From Camelus dromedarius (Eukaryota), in the NCBI RefSeq assembly GCF_036321535.1, contig NC_087436.1, positions 20,648,001 through 20,712,000 of the forward strand: 64,000 bases of DNA, given 5' to 3'. This document shows, one piece after another, positions 25,748 to 38,209 of this stretch; within the stretch, counting starts at the first letter, position 1; every line of letters begins with the position of its first letter. The notes beneath the pieces were generated by a model that saw only the letters and a program-made list of their open reading frames with translations, made no database searches and was not told the origin of the DNA. A program made the position numbers and the translations under genes.

Positions 25748-28700
25748 AAAGAGAAAGCATCCAAGACATGACTTGGGCATTTGAAAACTAGGTATTCAGA
25801 GCTATTTAAAATTCCAGGGACACCCTGACCCCAGTTTTGGAACTAAGACCCCACCTCAAAAGTTAAGCAATCACCTGAAAATAACTCTTGAATTCATAGG
25901 ATGAACACCAATGATACTAAAGAGCTGAATATGCTTTAAATATATGATTTAATTATCTTCACAGCGCTCTGCAGAAATGAGGCGGGGGCAGAATGCTCAC
26001 CTGCCCTTTATTGACAGGCAAAGGGGCCCCGTATGGTGACATAAGTTAATGGGATGTCCCACACTAAGGAAGATCCAGGGGCAAGACCATTTGATTCCCT
26101 GTCCTGCCAGGACAGACTTGCTCCTCGTCTTGACTAGCCTCAGATGCACTATTAAGTGAAACTAAAATTACCGCCCAGCTCCTGTGCTCAGTGGACTGAA
26201 ATCTGCTGGCTGAGGGAGCGTCCCAGACCAGGGCAGGCAGCACCCAGTACTCAAGACTTTGTGGGACCCGATGAGTTGGCCCAGCAAGCTGGGAGGGTGA
26301 TGGGTACTGACTTCATCCCAACTCCACTCTGCCATCAGATGCAGCCATTCCACCTCTGACGACATTCCTGAAGTGTGGTCACGGTTTTAACATGGAGGCA
26401 GAACCCATCCCTCCTCTGCTTGTTCGTCCAATGACTCCTGAGTTCTAGCTGAGCCTTAGAGAAAGCTCGCTGTATTCTCACTGAATTGTCATCTCTTTCA
26501 TTATAAAGAATGGTATTTGTGTTTTTATAACAAGTTATCTTGCCATCCTTTTCTGAGAAGGCCCACTGTAAATGATTGTAAACTTATGTATGTGACTTGG
26601 GTGGGGAACAGATAAGCAACAGTTACATAAAACCTTAGACCAAACTGGCCTTACAGACTGAGGTGGTAATTCTGGAACCTTGTGCACTCTTGCAAAAGGA
26701 CTCAAGAATATTTGCATATGGTTTCTAAACTCTTTCTTTATCTTTCTTGTGTGTGTGTGTGTGTGTGTAGGGAAAAAGAAAAATATAAATCCTATGTTTG
26801 TTCATAAGAATGTAACTTCCATGACACATAATACAGGATATAAAAAATTTATAATTGGTAGTTATTCTCTTCCAAGCCTTGAGTCAATTGATGTTTGAAG
26901 TTTATTCTGAAAACATTATTCTAACAAGTCTGGAACTCTTCCACAAGAATTCAGTTAATCTAAAATTTTAACTGGAGTTAGATTTTTGATGTAGCAAGAA
27001 ATGTCCAGGTATTGGTTTTTCAGCTGATGCGGCTCTTTCTTCAAATTCTCCCTGAAACGTTTTAGAAAAACAGTTTTCCTCTGAAGCAGACGTCCTGAAC
27101 ACTGCTAGGCTTGTAATTAGCTCGTGTTTCCAAAATAATCCCGTTGACATGCACGAAAGTGTCTGCTTATACAGAACTTCAGCTCATCGAGAGAGAGCCA
27201 CTAGAATAACAAACGTCGGCGTCCAAATCGAAACAGCATGAGGCTCCCAACAAATGTTTATGAAAACACGTGTTTTCTTACAGTCAGTTTAATTTTGAAA
27301 TGTATGCCTATGCCTGTGTACAAGGACGGTGTCTTCAGGACCCTGTTACACCCCCCACCTTCTGAAAACCAAACACACATCTTAACCCCAGCCCCACACA
27401 TGACACGACTCACCAGAAACAGGCACCATAATGAGAAGTTGGGCCTTTCAGGTATGTCACTCGGAGACCACCCTATGAGTGGAGGCCCCAAGATCACAAA
27501 GCCAAGGTCCCTCATGGCAACCCCGGTAATTAGACACTAATAATGGATTGAAGGTGTAAAATTCACCTCAACTCACCAGCAACAGACTAAACAATCCAGA
27601 TGAAGAGAGAAACATTTTTTTTATGAAGGTCAGGGAGAATTAGTAACACTCCCAGAAAGCTTGCAAAAGCGTAGTAACTTTGACAAACATAATGGAATAA
27701 CAATGACTATTTTGAAGAGAATGGCGTTAGATCTGAGTGAAGTCCCCAGACCTCATTATGAATCATTAGAATGCTGCTATTTTATGAATTAACATTAGCT
27801 TGATTTTTGTTCTTAATATTGACAACTTCGACAATCATCTAAGTGTCTGATTTTTTTTTTTTTCATTCATTACTTTTGTTCTCACGGGACACTGGTTTCA
27901 AACTCAAAGAGGGCAAAAACCCTTACAATGTATAGATGGGTACTTCCCTTGCTGTGAAAGAAAACGTGTACTGTTAAATAGAGGAGGACGCCTACACCTA
28001 CCACTGTGTGACAGATGGGGCTATGTGATACTCTATCACAGAGAGCCCATTTAGTGTTGATTATTCCTCTTTCTGTTCTGCAGTACCAATGTCAGCCTAT
28101 ATTTTTCATAGGAAAGATAGTGTTTTATGGGATGGAAAAAGGACAAGAATCTCCGTGTGTTAGTGATTTTTTTTCAGAAAAACATACACAATTTATAATC
28201 TACAAGTGGAATTAAATGAAGGCTTTCAGTAAATTTTTCAGATTGTTGAAATTTATTCTCCCAAAAGGGGACTTTGAATTTGCAAACAGGTTCATGAAGC
28301 TAAGTTAGCCTGGAAAGAATCAGAAATTCCCAGCACAGCAGAGCTAGAGTCTGACCACCACTGGTGTTCACCGGTAGTTGTATCTGTGAGGATACTGAGA
28401 TCCTGTGATAGCTGTTTCTAAACTTACGACTAATCTCTATTTGCCAGTATATACTTTTAGCAGGTTCTAATAGTTCCGATTTTATCCACAAAAGTAACAG
28501 CTGACTAATAATGAGTCCAGATCATTCGAAAGGTGTGTGTGTGTTGAAGCTGGGTGGCTGGAGAAGAGCAGGGGAGGGAAAATTATATTCTTTACAGGAT
28601 TAAAACAGTCCCATCTTCCTTTTGCTGAAATAAACAACAAAATACTTCCATAGTTTTCATTTGTTTGTCACGGAGGCTGTGAGCTTCCAGACAGCCGTGA

Positions 28701-29089
28701 AACGAGGCTCCAGTGCTAAACTGTTAACTTAGCCCAACGACCTAACAAAAATCATACGAGCAGATGGAACGTCTGCCAGTATGTTCCTAGTTTTCTCGAA
28801 AGGAAAGGAGGGTTTAATCGCTCCCAACATGAGAGCGGAAGCCACTGCCTCATACATCAGGGTCCTCCTCTGACATTTTCCTGAGGACCCCGAGGCCACA
28901 AAAATAACGCTGCTCCCTGTTGATAACGATAATGACACGATCGTGACCCCAGTCAGGCTTTAAAGTTCAGGATGTTCAGGTCTGGCCTCAGAGGCTGGAA
29001 CTGAGGATCCTTGCAGGACAGCACTGAACAGATGGACATGGCAGAAATGTTTATCTGTTAATTGCTAATTGCAACTCTATCACTAATTT

Positions 29090-29347
29090 TTTTTTTTTTT
29101 TTTTAGGTTTCAGTTGGTACTTGTAATTAGATTCAAGTACCACATCCTAATTCTATGTATGGGACAGTCAGATGAAAAGGAAAATGCATTTTATCTTTTT
29201 ATATTTTTAAACAGAAGTATTTATTTATTTATTGTGGAAGGAAGAGGTAATTAGGTAATTTATTTATTTTTTACAGAGGTCCGGAGGATTGAACCCAGGA
29301 CCTTGTGCATATGAAGCACACACTCTACCACTGAGCTGTCCCTTCCC
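29090..29347 (-). mobile_element. Vic-1-type SINE (~29218-29347) plus ~110 nt of extra 3' sequence and poly(A), all inside one TSD pair
   Basis: TSD ctctatcactaattt at 29075-29089 and 29348-29362; T18 run at 29087-29104. Confidence 0.85.
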
Positions 29348-29431
29348 CTCTATCACTAATTTGAATGCACTAAAATAACTTGGAGAAGAGTATCTTTGAT
29401 ATAAAGGAATATTAAAAAAAAAGAAACTCAC

Positions 29432-29513
29432 CTTTTGGGATCCACAATTTTGTAGAGTTTTCCATTGTGAGTCTGGGTCATACTTTTGCTACTTGATAGA
29501 ACGTAAACTTCAC
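29432..29513 (-). CDS. HHIP: HHIP exon 11 (82 bp): EVYVLSSSKSMTQTHNGKLYKIVDPK(R)
   Basis: Translation; acceptor cttcatag|GT, donor AAAAG|gtgagt; phase 1->2. Confidence 0.96.
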
Positions 29514-29699
29514 CTATGAAGAGAGAAGTAGAGTTAGTTAATCTGCCGTATTACAGGGCCTTACTTTCTATTGCCTAGTAGACATTTTATATGTATATAA
29601 AACATATGTGTAAATGCACGTGTATGTCTATATATGATATATTCATACATCCTCAGGAAGATCACTTGCCTGAAGATGGTGAGAGTTTCACAAGTCCAT

Positions 29700-30436
29700 C
29701 CTCACAGCGCATCCAGATGCTGGTCATTTCTCCCCACATCCTCCTACTACTCCAGAGCGAGCAGATATTAATCTCTCACCTGGATTATGGCCACAGCCTC
29801 CTGACGGAGCTCCCTGCTTCTGCTCTTACTCGTCTATGTTTACTCTCAACATACCAGCCACAGAGATTCCTTAAAAGGCAAGTTAGATCATAGAAACTGG
29901 ATCACATTCCTGTTTCGATGCCCTCTGATGACTTCTCACCTCTCTCTGAGCAAAGGTAAGTCCTGACCATAGGCCTTCACCTATGGTGTCCATCCTAACC
30001 GTTCTGACCCCATCTGCAATGTTTTGCCCCCTCAGTCACCTCTTTCTGACCTCGCTGGCTTCTTGACTTTGAACCTAGAGGGAGGTTCCTGCCCTAGGCT
30101 CCTGTGTGTCAGTGGACTGCCACTAGCTGCATTTTTTTCCCTCTTTCAAGTCTGTGCTGAAATATCATTTTTCCTGACCATACTATTTAAAAGTGCGTTT
30201 TCCCCAATTCCAAGCAATCTCTACCCCTCTTTACAACTTGGTTTTCCTCCTAAGCACTTTAGTATGAACTAACATACAACATATTTTTTAAAAAAATATT
30301 TGTATTGTCCTCCTTTAGGATAGAAATTTCATGACCACTGTTTAAATTTTTTTTAGTCTTATTTGCTACCGCAGCCCCAACTCCTAGAACAGAGCTATGC
30401 ACAGAACAGGTGCTCAATAAATATCGGTAGAATGAG
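29700..30436 (+). mobile_element. L2 3' fragment
   Basis: atctctcacctggattatggccacagcctcct...tgctcaataaatatcggtagaatga L2 terminus. Confidence 0.75.
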
Positions 30437-32621
30437 TGTGCAATGGTGAGTTTTATTGTGATTTATTCCACCCAAGATTGAAAAGTTTTGTTGCCAAGTT
30501 GTCACTATTAATTGATCATTTGATACCAGAGGGAGTTGGGCACTCCTCTTTAATTGTTAAATTTTTAAACAAAATATATTAGAATAAATATCTGGGGAGA
30601 GAGACAGAGAGACCCTGGTACTCAGTCTCAACCCCATGCCTCTAGTTCTTGGTGTTACGCTGTGTTCCCCATGATGAACCGCCACAGACAGAGCACGCTC
30701 TCAGGAGAGAACCGCTCTTGTTTATTACCATTACTTCCACGTAATTCACTATATAGAATGGATCACATGAATAAGGAATTAGAAGCTGTATTTGTGATTA
30801 TATGTTTACAAGGCTTTAAAACTTATATTTGGTTCTCATCCATGAAACAGTCCTTGAGTTAGTCTATATTTCTCTATTCCACTCTATTACTGTGTATTAA
30901 GCAAACCATACTGCTTTCTTACTTCTGGAAAGGATGTCATGGAATTTACATTAAAAATACAGATACAACCAAAAAAATAAAAATGAAGTTAAAAAGCAAA
31001 GGAATGTAAGCAAAAAATTCATATTTATTTCATCAAGTATTTTATGTAGTTCACTGCATTTAACCCTTATAGCAAACCCATCCTCATTTTATAATTAAAA
31101 ATACACCCCCATACGCATAGAAAAAAAGATTCTCAATGCTTTTTATTTAAAAAAAATGGAAAATCTAACTCATTTTCTTATATGGCTCTTAATTAAAGCC
31201 AAAGAGTTTCACATTAAAGAGTAATTCAGTGGAGGTATATTTATTTTAAATTATGAAGTATACATGATGTTGTTGCTTTTGGAAAGTAAGAATTGTGTAT
31301 GCTTTATTTCTTGGTTCTCCCCCCAACATTGTATTAAGTGTGGGTTGACGTTTGGTTATTTTAACCAGTCAGGGTGATGCTAACAGGATGAATGATGGCA
31401 AAAATCTGTAGTAAGGTCTGGGGAAATCAAAATGGTTCAGTCAGAACATCTAAATACTCATCTCTAACTCTGCTACAATTTGATCTTAACATATATTTTA
31501 AAATCAGAGTTTGCTAATGACATTTAAATTACATTACAGAGGATTGACGTGAGAAAGGGCATCTTTCTGGTTCCTCTGAATAGGGTGGGAGAATTTCAAG
31601 GGAAAATTAATTGCAAGGTGCTTTCAGTTCTAGAACAAGGAAGAGACAGGTTGGACTTCTCTGAATCATTATATTCCTGTGGCTGTTAAATCTGTGTTTT
31701 GTGTTTCAGGAACCTTGTCTGAGACCCTTGGTAACCTAAGTGAATGTCATAGGGCATTTCCGACAAATTCTCTGTTTGATATAGGAAGCCAAATCTGCAG
31801 GTTTAGAGAAAATATTCTGATTTAGGTGGGAAATACAGCTATACAGCTATTCTCCCTTAATATCTAGAAATTTATCTCTGAGGCTAAAGGAGCATGATAA
31901 CCATAGTTTGTTTGGATATTGTTCTTTAAAAGAAGTCATTTCATAAGCCACATTTATCTCTGAAATTTAAAATTGGTAGCATTTCCACTCTTTGGTGGGT
32001 AACATTCCAATATCAACTTCTTTTTGCTTGTTAAGCTGCAGAGATTTTGATAATATACCAACAAATAAATTGTATGTTATCCTGTAAGACCATCGGTGAG
32101 AAGATAATTTCCATTCTCTTGGAAAGCAGACCTACACACTCAGATTATCTTGCACAAATTTCATGCCCTAATGGGCAGAAAAAAAATTAGAAAATAAAGG
32201 ATAAAGTGAAATTCAAATTGTAACAAATTTTTTATTTATTCCAAGAGACACAGATAAGTGCAAAGGTTTTCAGGTGGAGAATATCAACATATGACCCAGC
32301 TGCATCAGAATATCCAGACATTTAAAATTTTCTCTCTCTTCAGGACTCAAAAATTCTCATTTGTTCCTGCCTCCCATTTTCCCGCTTTGTTACTGTCATA
32401 TTTCTGGAGTGGAGATAAGATTTAAAGACTCCCCAGAGAAAGTTTATTGGAAGAGAATACTGAACTAAACCATCTCGAATCTCCCCAGTAGGTCACTTTT
32501 GCTGTAGGTTACATTTCCAGCAAATGGAGGATGAGAGTGTTATATTTATTCCTCAGAGCAGAACAAAGCCTCTTGGGCAAGGTTTGAGAATGGAACTTAA
32601 CAGAAAGAGTTTGTACAGTAC

Positions 32622-32752
32622 CTAATTCGTCTTCTCCAAATCCCAGGATGTGACCTGAAAAGTAACCTCGACAGGAACCACCGTTGCCAAGACAGAGTGG
32701 TTTTTCTTGCCACTGCTTGCTCACAGGACTTTGCTGGAGAGTTAAGAAATTC
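32622..32752 (-). CDS. HHIP: HHIP exon 10 (131 bp): NFLTLQQSPVSKQWQEKPLCLGNGGSCRGYFSGHILGFGEDEL(G)
   Basis: Visible inside ORF 32509..33090; acceptor tgttatag|G, donor TTAG|gtactg; phase 2->1. Confidence 0.97.
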
Positions 32753-33181
32753 CTATAACAAAAACATACCATACACCTACGATGAAAATACGCTTTTGCC
32801 TGAAAAAACACAATGAAGTGTTTAAAATAAAACTCATCATAAGTAACTGTTGTGTCACAGACCTGGCTTCCAAAGAGAAAATTAATACAGTCCAGAATGT
32901 GGGTGACTACTCTGAAATCCTCATGTGAGGAGAAAGTACTTAAAGACAGTATGTGTTTGGAGAGGGGTACTAAAAAGTATCTGAGTATGAAAAAAAAAAA
33001 AACCCCACCTTCATCCAGAGAATGATAGAATGATACTTCCCCTCCAGGACTAGACTCTGTGCTGGGAGAGAGGGACAGAGGGAAGACCATGGGGTCAGTA
33101 CACTTTTCTAGCTCCTTTTAGTGACCAAGTATATTAGTTCTGCCATATGCCTGAATGCCAGTGACCTGGGAAACAAGATTC

Positions 33182-33329
33182 CTTTTTTGTTGTTGTTACA
33201 ATTTTTTTTTAAACAAAATGTATGTATGTATGTATGTATGTATTTATTTATTTATTTTAATGGAGGTACTAGGGATTGGACCCAGGACCCTGTGGGTGCT
33301 AAGCATGCACTCTGCTATTCCCACCCCTT
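33182..33329 (-). mobile_element. Vic-1-type SINE with a small deletion in the A-box region and a (TACA)n tail
   Basis: B-box and body intact; TSD gaaacaagattc at 33170-33181 and 33330-33341. Confidence 0.85.
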
Positions 33330-33954
33330 GAAACAAGATTCTTATTTTGGGGTTCATCACAGAGTTTCTTATTATCCACACTGTGACCTCCAAACTTCAG
33401 GCTAAAATTTAATTGTGTAGTATTCCTATCAGTGGAGACAAATTACAGTCTGGTGCCTAAAGTCCTGAAATTTTAGCAAAAACAAAACTTCTTAGCCTTC
33501 CAGATAATTTTTAAAATCTTTATACAACTCATGTAAAACAATAGTTTTCAAATTGCTTGTGATCATGGTAAATTTATGTTAAAGATGAAGGGAAGAGTTT
33601 AATTAATATGAAATGTTCATCTCAAGATTTTTTTGCTCTCAAAAGTCACTTTATGGATTTGATTAAGTTTGCTTAAGAAGCATCTTCTACCAGTGCCTGA
33701 CATACAGCAGGTACTCAATAAATACGTGTACAACGAAGGTCTGAATAAATGAATGAATGAAAAAGACCAAAAAAAAAAAGTATCTTTTAGGAAGTTCTTT
33801 AATTATACTATCATACTTAGTGGAACTAAAAATAAATAATAATGTTTGTGTGTGTCCCAGACCTGACCTCCAAAGGGAGACAATCGTTTGAATATCTTAT
33901 GGCAGTTTGTCCAGGCATCAATGGATATGCCGTTCGTGGTATCAGGAAACGTAC

Positions 33955-34078
33955 CCATTTCGGTCTCCAAACACGTAGCTGCCATACAGCCTTTCAGACT
34001 GGCAGCCTCGGTAAACAAATCCGCCCACCAAAGGACCATTACTGAACGGCTTGAATTCTAAAAGTGACGGCTCACTTT
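33955..34078 (-). CDS. HHIP: HHIP exon 9 (124 bp): SEPSLLEFKPFSNGPLVGGFVYRGCQSERLYGSYVFGDRN(G)
   Basis: Translation; acceptor tttatttccag|AA, donor AATGG|gtacgt; phase 1->2. Confidence 0.97.
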
Positions 34079-34954
34079 CTGGAAATAAATAAACATAACA
34101 TTAGATCAAATGAAACATATTTTTCATAAATGAAAAGTAATGTTAGGCCACACAACAATTATTACAGTAATTTACTTTAACTCAGAAATGTGTTCCTTGC
34201 TCCATAAGATGGATCCTTGTTACAAATATTTAGTAAAAATAATTACTCCTTTTGCTTAAATATAACATTTAAAGGGCCTTCCATGTATAGTGGAATGAAA
34301 TAGGACTGCACTGTCAATTCTTGTTATTATAATTGCCAAGACATACCACATTTTCAATGAAATTAGAATCTGGATGTTTTTAGAAATCATGGTTATTTAC
34401 TTTAGAATCAAAATACACAAAAAGAATACTAAATTTTACTAATATTTAATTTTTTGTAGAAATGCATCTGCATATACCTAGTAAACTGAGCCAGACCTCT
34501 TGTCAAGCTATATAAAACTGTTTAAATGTTCACACCACAATGAAAATAAAGGTATGGTACATAAAAGATTTTCAAAATGACGTTTGTTCTATACTTTAAA
34601 ACACTGTCACTTAGTCAAGTAATATCTTCACTTACAATGTTTTAAAAGTTTTGTCTATCGAGTCTTGTGGTTAACAGAATCTATTCCAGTAGAGCCATGT
34701 AACTCAGTCTTTCCATGCATGTCACTATGGACTTGAATACAAATATGCCAATTGCAATGGAAAAGATATAAAGCCAGCTGCAAATTAATCTGAAAATTAC
34801 TTACTACATACTTGAATAAGTTGCTATCAACAGGAAGTATTTTAGGCAAAAGCTCTTGTGGACAGACAGTCATTTTAAAGTCCTTCCCCCTATTACGGTG
34901 AATATGATATTATAAAAAGTAGAAAAGATAAGTTTTAAACAACCAGTATACTGA

Positions 34955-35198
34955 GAGGCAGTGTAATTGAATGAGTAAGGTCATGAACTCTGGAGTCAGG
35001 CTGCCTGGGTTCAAATCCAGGTCCTGTCACTCTATGTTGTGGGACAGTTAACCTTTCTGTGTCTCAGTTTCCTCATCTGTACAATGTGGGCAATAACCGT
35101 GCCTATCACATAGGGTTTTCCTGTAAATGACATGAGTGAAATTTATAAAGTGCTTACTACAGGGGCTGGCATGTAGTAAGTGCTGTGGATGTGGTTAT
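34955..35198 (+). mobile_element. MIR, near full length
   Basis: actctggagtcaggctgcctgggttcaaatcc...ctcagtttcctcatctgta. Confidence 0.85.
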
Positions 35199-35213
35199 TT
35201 GGTTTTGGGATTT

Positions 35214-35312
35214 TTTCAGCTTTACTGAGGTATAATTAACAAATAAAATTGTAAGATATTTAAAGTGTACATCATGGCAATTTGATATACATATACATTG
35301 TAAAAGGATTCT
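35214..35312 (-). mobile_element. L1MA/L1MB-type 3' end fragment
   Basis: cagctttactgaggtataatt...atatttaaagtgtaca. Confidence 0.7.
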
Positions 35313-35761
35313 GTGGCTATATTTGTAATACATAAATGTAGGGCTGGCAATATTGTAACCAGTTTCAGCTGCACCCCAATTAATGTGATTGTAGAATTTA
35401 GTTTAATCTACAAATATAGCCAAAATTCCATCAAGCTAGTGACTCATTAGATTTTTTTTCTAACCACATTATTCTTTGCTTTGGCTTTTATAAGATGCAC
35501 ACACACATACATGAATATCTGAAAAAAAATAAAGTAAAATAACTGAATACCACATGAACCAACACAGCTGCTTCATTCCTGGTACTAAATAAATATCTGT
35601 ATTGAATGAATAAATAGAAGAAGCAATCAATTTAATAATCTTAATCTACAATGTTCCCTGAATCATCATATTTGATTTACTGTGTCCTCCAAAAAGAGTA
35701 AATACAAAAGCACTAAAAAATATTAACTTTATATATATTTAAATTTTTTCTTGTATATATA

Positions 35762-36030
35762 TTTTTATTGAAGTATAGTCAGTTTACAATGTTGTGTCAA
35801 TTTCTGGTGTACAGCACAATGCTTCAGTCACACATGAATGTATATATATTCATTTTCACCATAAGTTACTACAAGACATTGAACATGGTTCCCTGTGCTA
35901 TACATTATGAACTTGTAGTTTATCTATTTTATATATGTTAGTTAGTATGTGCAGATCTCTAACTCCCAATTTGTCCCTTCCCACCCTGTTTCCCTCCGGG
36001 AGCCATAAGTGTGTTTTCTATGTCTGTGAG
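35762..36030 (-). mobile_element. L1 3' end fragment (same family as 20079)
   Basis: ttttattgaagtatagtcagtttacaatgttgtgtc...ttttctatgtctgtgag. Confidence 0.85.
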
Positions 36031-36637
36031 TTAGCTTTATATTTTAATATGTATCGCTAAATACTCTAGTAATCATGTTATTAAATATAAGGTCTAAACA
36101 TTCCATCTTCATGACTTGGGTAAATAACATGTTTTTACAAGTCTATTACTTTGTTTTCTCTAAAATAAACACCTTTAAAAATTACTTTCTTATTTGAAAC
36201 ACATAATTTTCCTAATTGCTGAGACTAGCACGTTGGGTATTGAGAAATTTCTTACCTTTAACACTTCTTTTTTCCTCTGTGTATAAGATGTTAAGACAAG
36301 TTCTCCCTTATATATTAAATAAATAGAAGGTATTCATCTTGATTTTCAGATGAGCAAAATATAAACTGCTAACTTCTGAAGGTCCATTAAATTTTTTGGA
36401 CCCACAGAGCACCATTCAATCCATGGGAAAGGTAATTACCCCAATGGAACCCCTAGGGCTTGTAAGAGTCACTGGTCCTTTAAGAGGGGAGCGGTTGACT
36501 ACCTCACCACTGTAATGCTAGTGTTTTGAGGCCTTCCCAAATGCCCATTTTGCAGAAATCCCTTTCTCTTCAATTAATACACTAAAATAAAACAAAGCCC
36601 AAACTAAAGCCAAATCAACAAATTATGCTCTACTTAC

Positions 36638-36759
36638 CATAATCTTTCCCCTTTATTATCTGTAGGATTCTGGCTATTGATCTGTTCTTCCCATTGGAGT
36701 CTGAGCAAAGTATTGTTAAATTGATGTTTATATCAGTGGGGTGTCGATCTACAGCACAT
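36638..36759 (-). CDS. HHIP: HHIP exon 8 (122 bp): CAVDRHPTDININLTILCSDSNGKNRSIARILQIIKGKDY(E)
   Basis: Visible inside ORF 36630..36857; acceptor ttttcttgcag|A, donor TATG|gtaagt; phase 2->1. Confidence 0.97.
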
Positions 36760-37117
36760 CTGCAAGAAAAGGGGGGACACCCGTGAATTCCTCCCAGGGT
36801 ATCTTTCAAGCTCAGACTAGAGATTCCTGACACAGGAACCCTCTGTGGGCTTGGCAAGGCTCCTATGGGCTATTTAGTTTGGATCCTGTAGAAACAGCTG
36901 AAGGAAACATCCTGACGTGTTTGTTTACTCTGCTGCAGTTTAATGATCTCTGGAGTATATTTCTTAATTTCTCTTGGTATCTCTCTCCATGATGAATGTG
37001 CACACTGACTTAAAACATTTGCTAGTCTGTTGTTAAGGATTACCCCATGTATAATAGTCTGGCAAGTGTAAGAATCAGTGGCATCATTGATTCACATCTG
37101 CAACACACACTGTAGGA

Positions 37118-37590
37118 CATGTGGTCCCCAACTTATGATGATTCAGCACTAGGATGGTGTGAAAGTATGACACATGCCGTAGGAACTGTACGTCCAGTTT
37201 TGAACTTTGATTTTCCCCCGGGCTAGCGACATGCATGCAGTACATTGCTCTCTCATGATGCTGGGCAGCTCCCGGTCAGCAATGCGATCACAAGGGTAAA
37301 CAACCAATACACTGACAACCATTCTGTATCCCTACAGCTATCCTGTTTTCCACTTTCAGTACAGTATTCAATAAATGACATGAGATAGTCAATGTCAAAT
37401 ACGCTCTGTGTTAGAAGATTTTGCACTTCTGTAGGCTAATATAAGTGCTCTGAGCACGTTTACTGTGGGCTAGGCTAAGCTATGATGCTCGGTAGGCGAG
37501 GTGCATTAAGTGTATATTTGACTTAAGGTATCTTCAGCTTATTCTGATTTTGTTGGGACAGAACTCCATTGTAAGTCAAGGAAGATCTGT
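37118..37590. mobile_element. TcMar-Tigger non-autonomous element (Tigger5/MER47-like)
   Basis: gctaggctaagctatgatg..cggtagg; ends ccattgtaagtcaaggaagatctg; left end ggtccccaacttatgatg. Confidence 0.7.
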
Positions 37591-37987
37591 GTTAGTTATA
37601 GCATTAGTTGTATATTTCTTACATAGAATCACTACATTCTGAAGTGCAGGCTGCTCTAACAAAGGAAAGCATGCACTCCAATTCAAGGAATAAAATTAAG
37701 CTTGTCCCCACAACCACTGAGGTCTTCATGTGAACTCTGACTTCATGTTTACCCGTAATCTGGGGCCAGAATATTTCTGTGGCTTAAGCCACTGAATGTA
37801 AATTCCATGAGGAAGGGAACCACTTCCAACTTCTTTATCACTGTATTATATAATATTAGAGGGGCTCAATATTTGTTGAGTCTTTAAATCAATGAGGCAG
37901 TAGGCATGGGGAGTTTGGGTTGGGCAAAGAATGAGGTTGAACATTTTTGTGTTCTCACAAATTTGGAAAAGTCTTGCATTGTTTTTT

Positions 37988-38209
37988 AGGTTTCTTAAGC
38001 TTGGCATTATTGACATTTTGGGCCAGGTACTTCTTTCTTTTGGGCGGAAGGGGGCGCTGTTCTGAGCACTGTAGGATGTTGAGCAGCATCTCTGGCCTCC
38101 ACCCTCTAGATGTGAGTAGCGTGATCTCCTTCCAATTTATGAAAACCCAGAATGCTTCTAAGACATTGCTAAGTGTCCTCTGGGGGAAAATCATCATTGA
38201 GAATCACTG
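37988..38209 (+). mobile_element. MER20 (hAT-Charlie)
   Basis: ttgacattttgggccagg...gcagcatctctggcctccaccctctagatg...ttgagaatcactg. Confidence 0.85.

Noticed and set aside
25292..26622. 32-bp direct repeat as a CRISPR-like repeat
   Set aside because: Only two copies 1.3 kb apart in a mammalian intron; no array, spacers or cas genes.
28700..28960. Several short hairpins suggesting a structured ncRNA
   Set aside because: Stems are only 5-8 bp, with no snoRNA boxes or long miRNA-like stem recognisable.
32509..33090. 193-aa ORF, the longest in the track
   Set aside because: Only 32622-32752 is coding (HHIP exon 10); the rest is intron that happens to be open.
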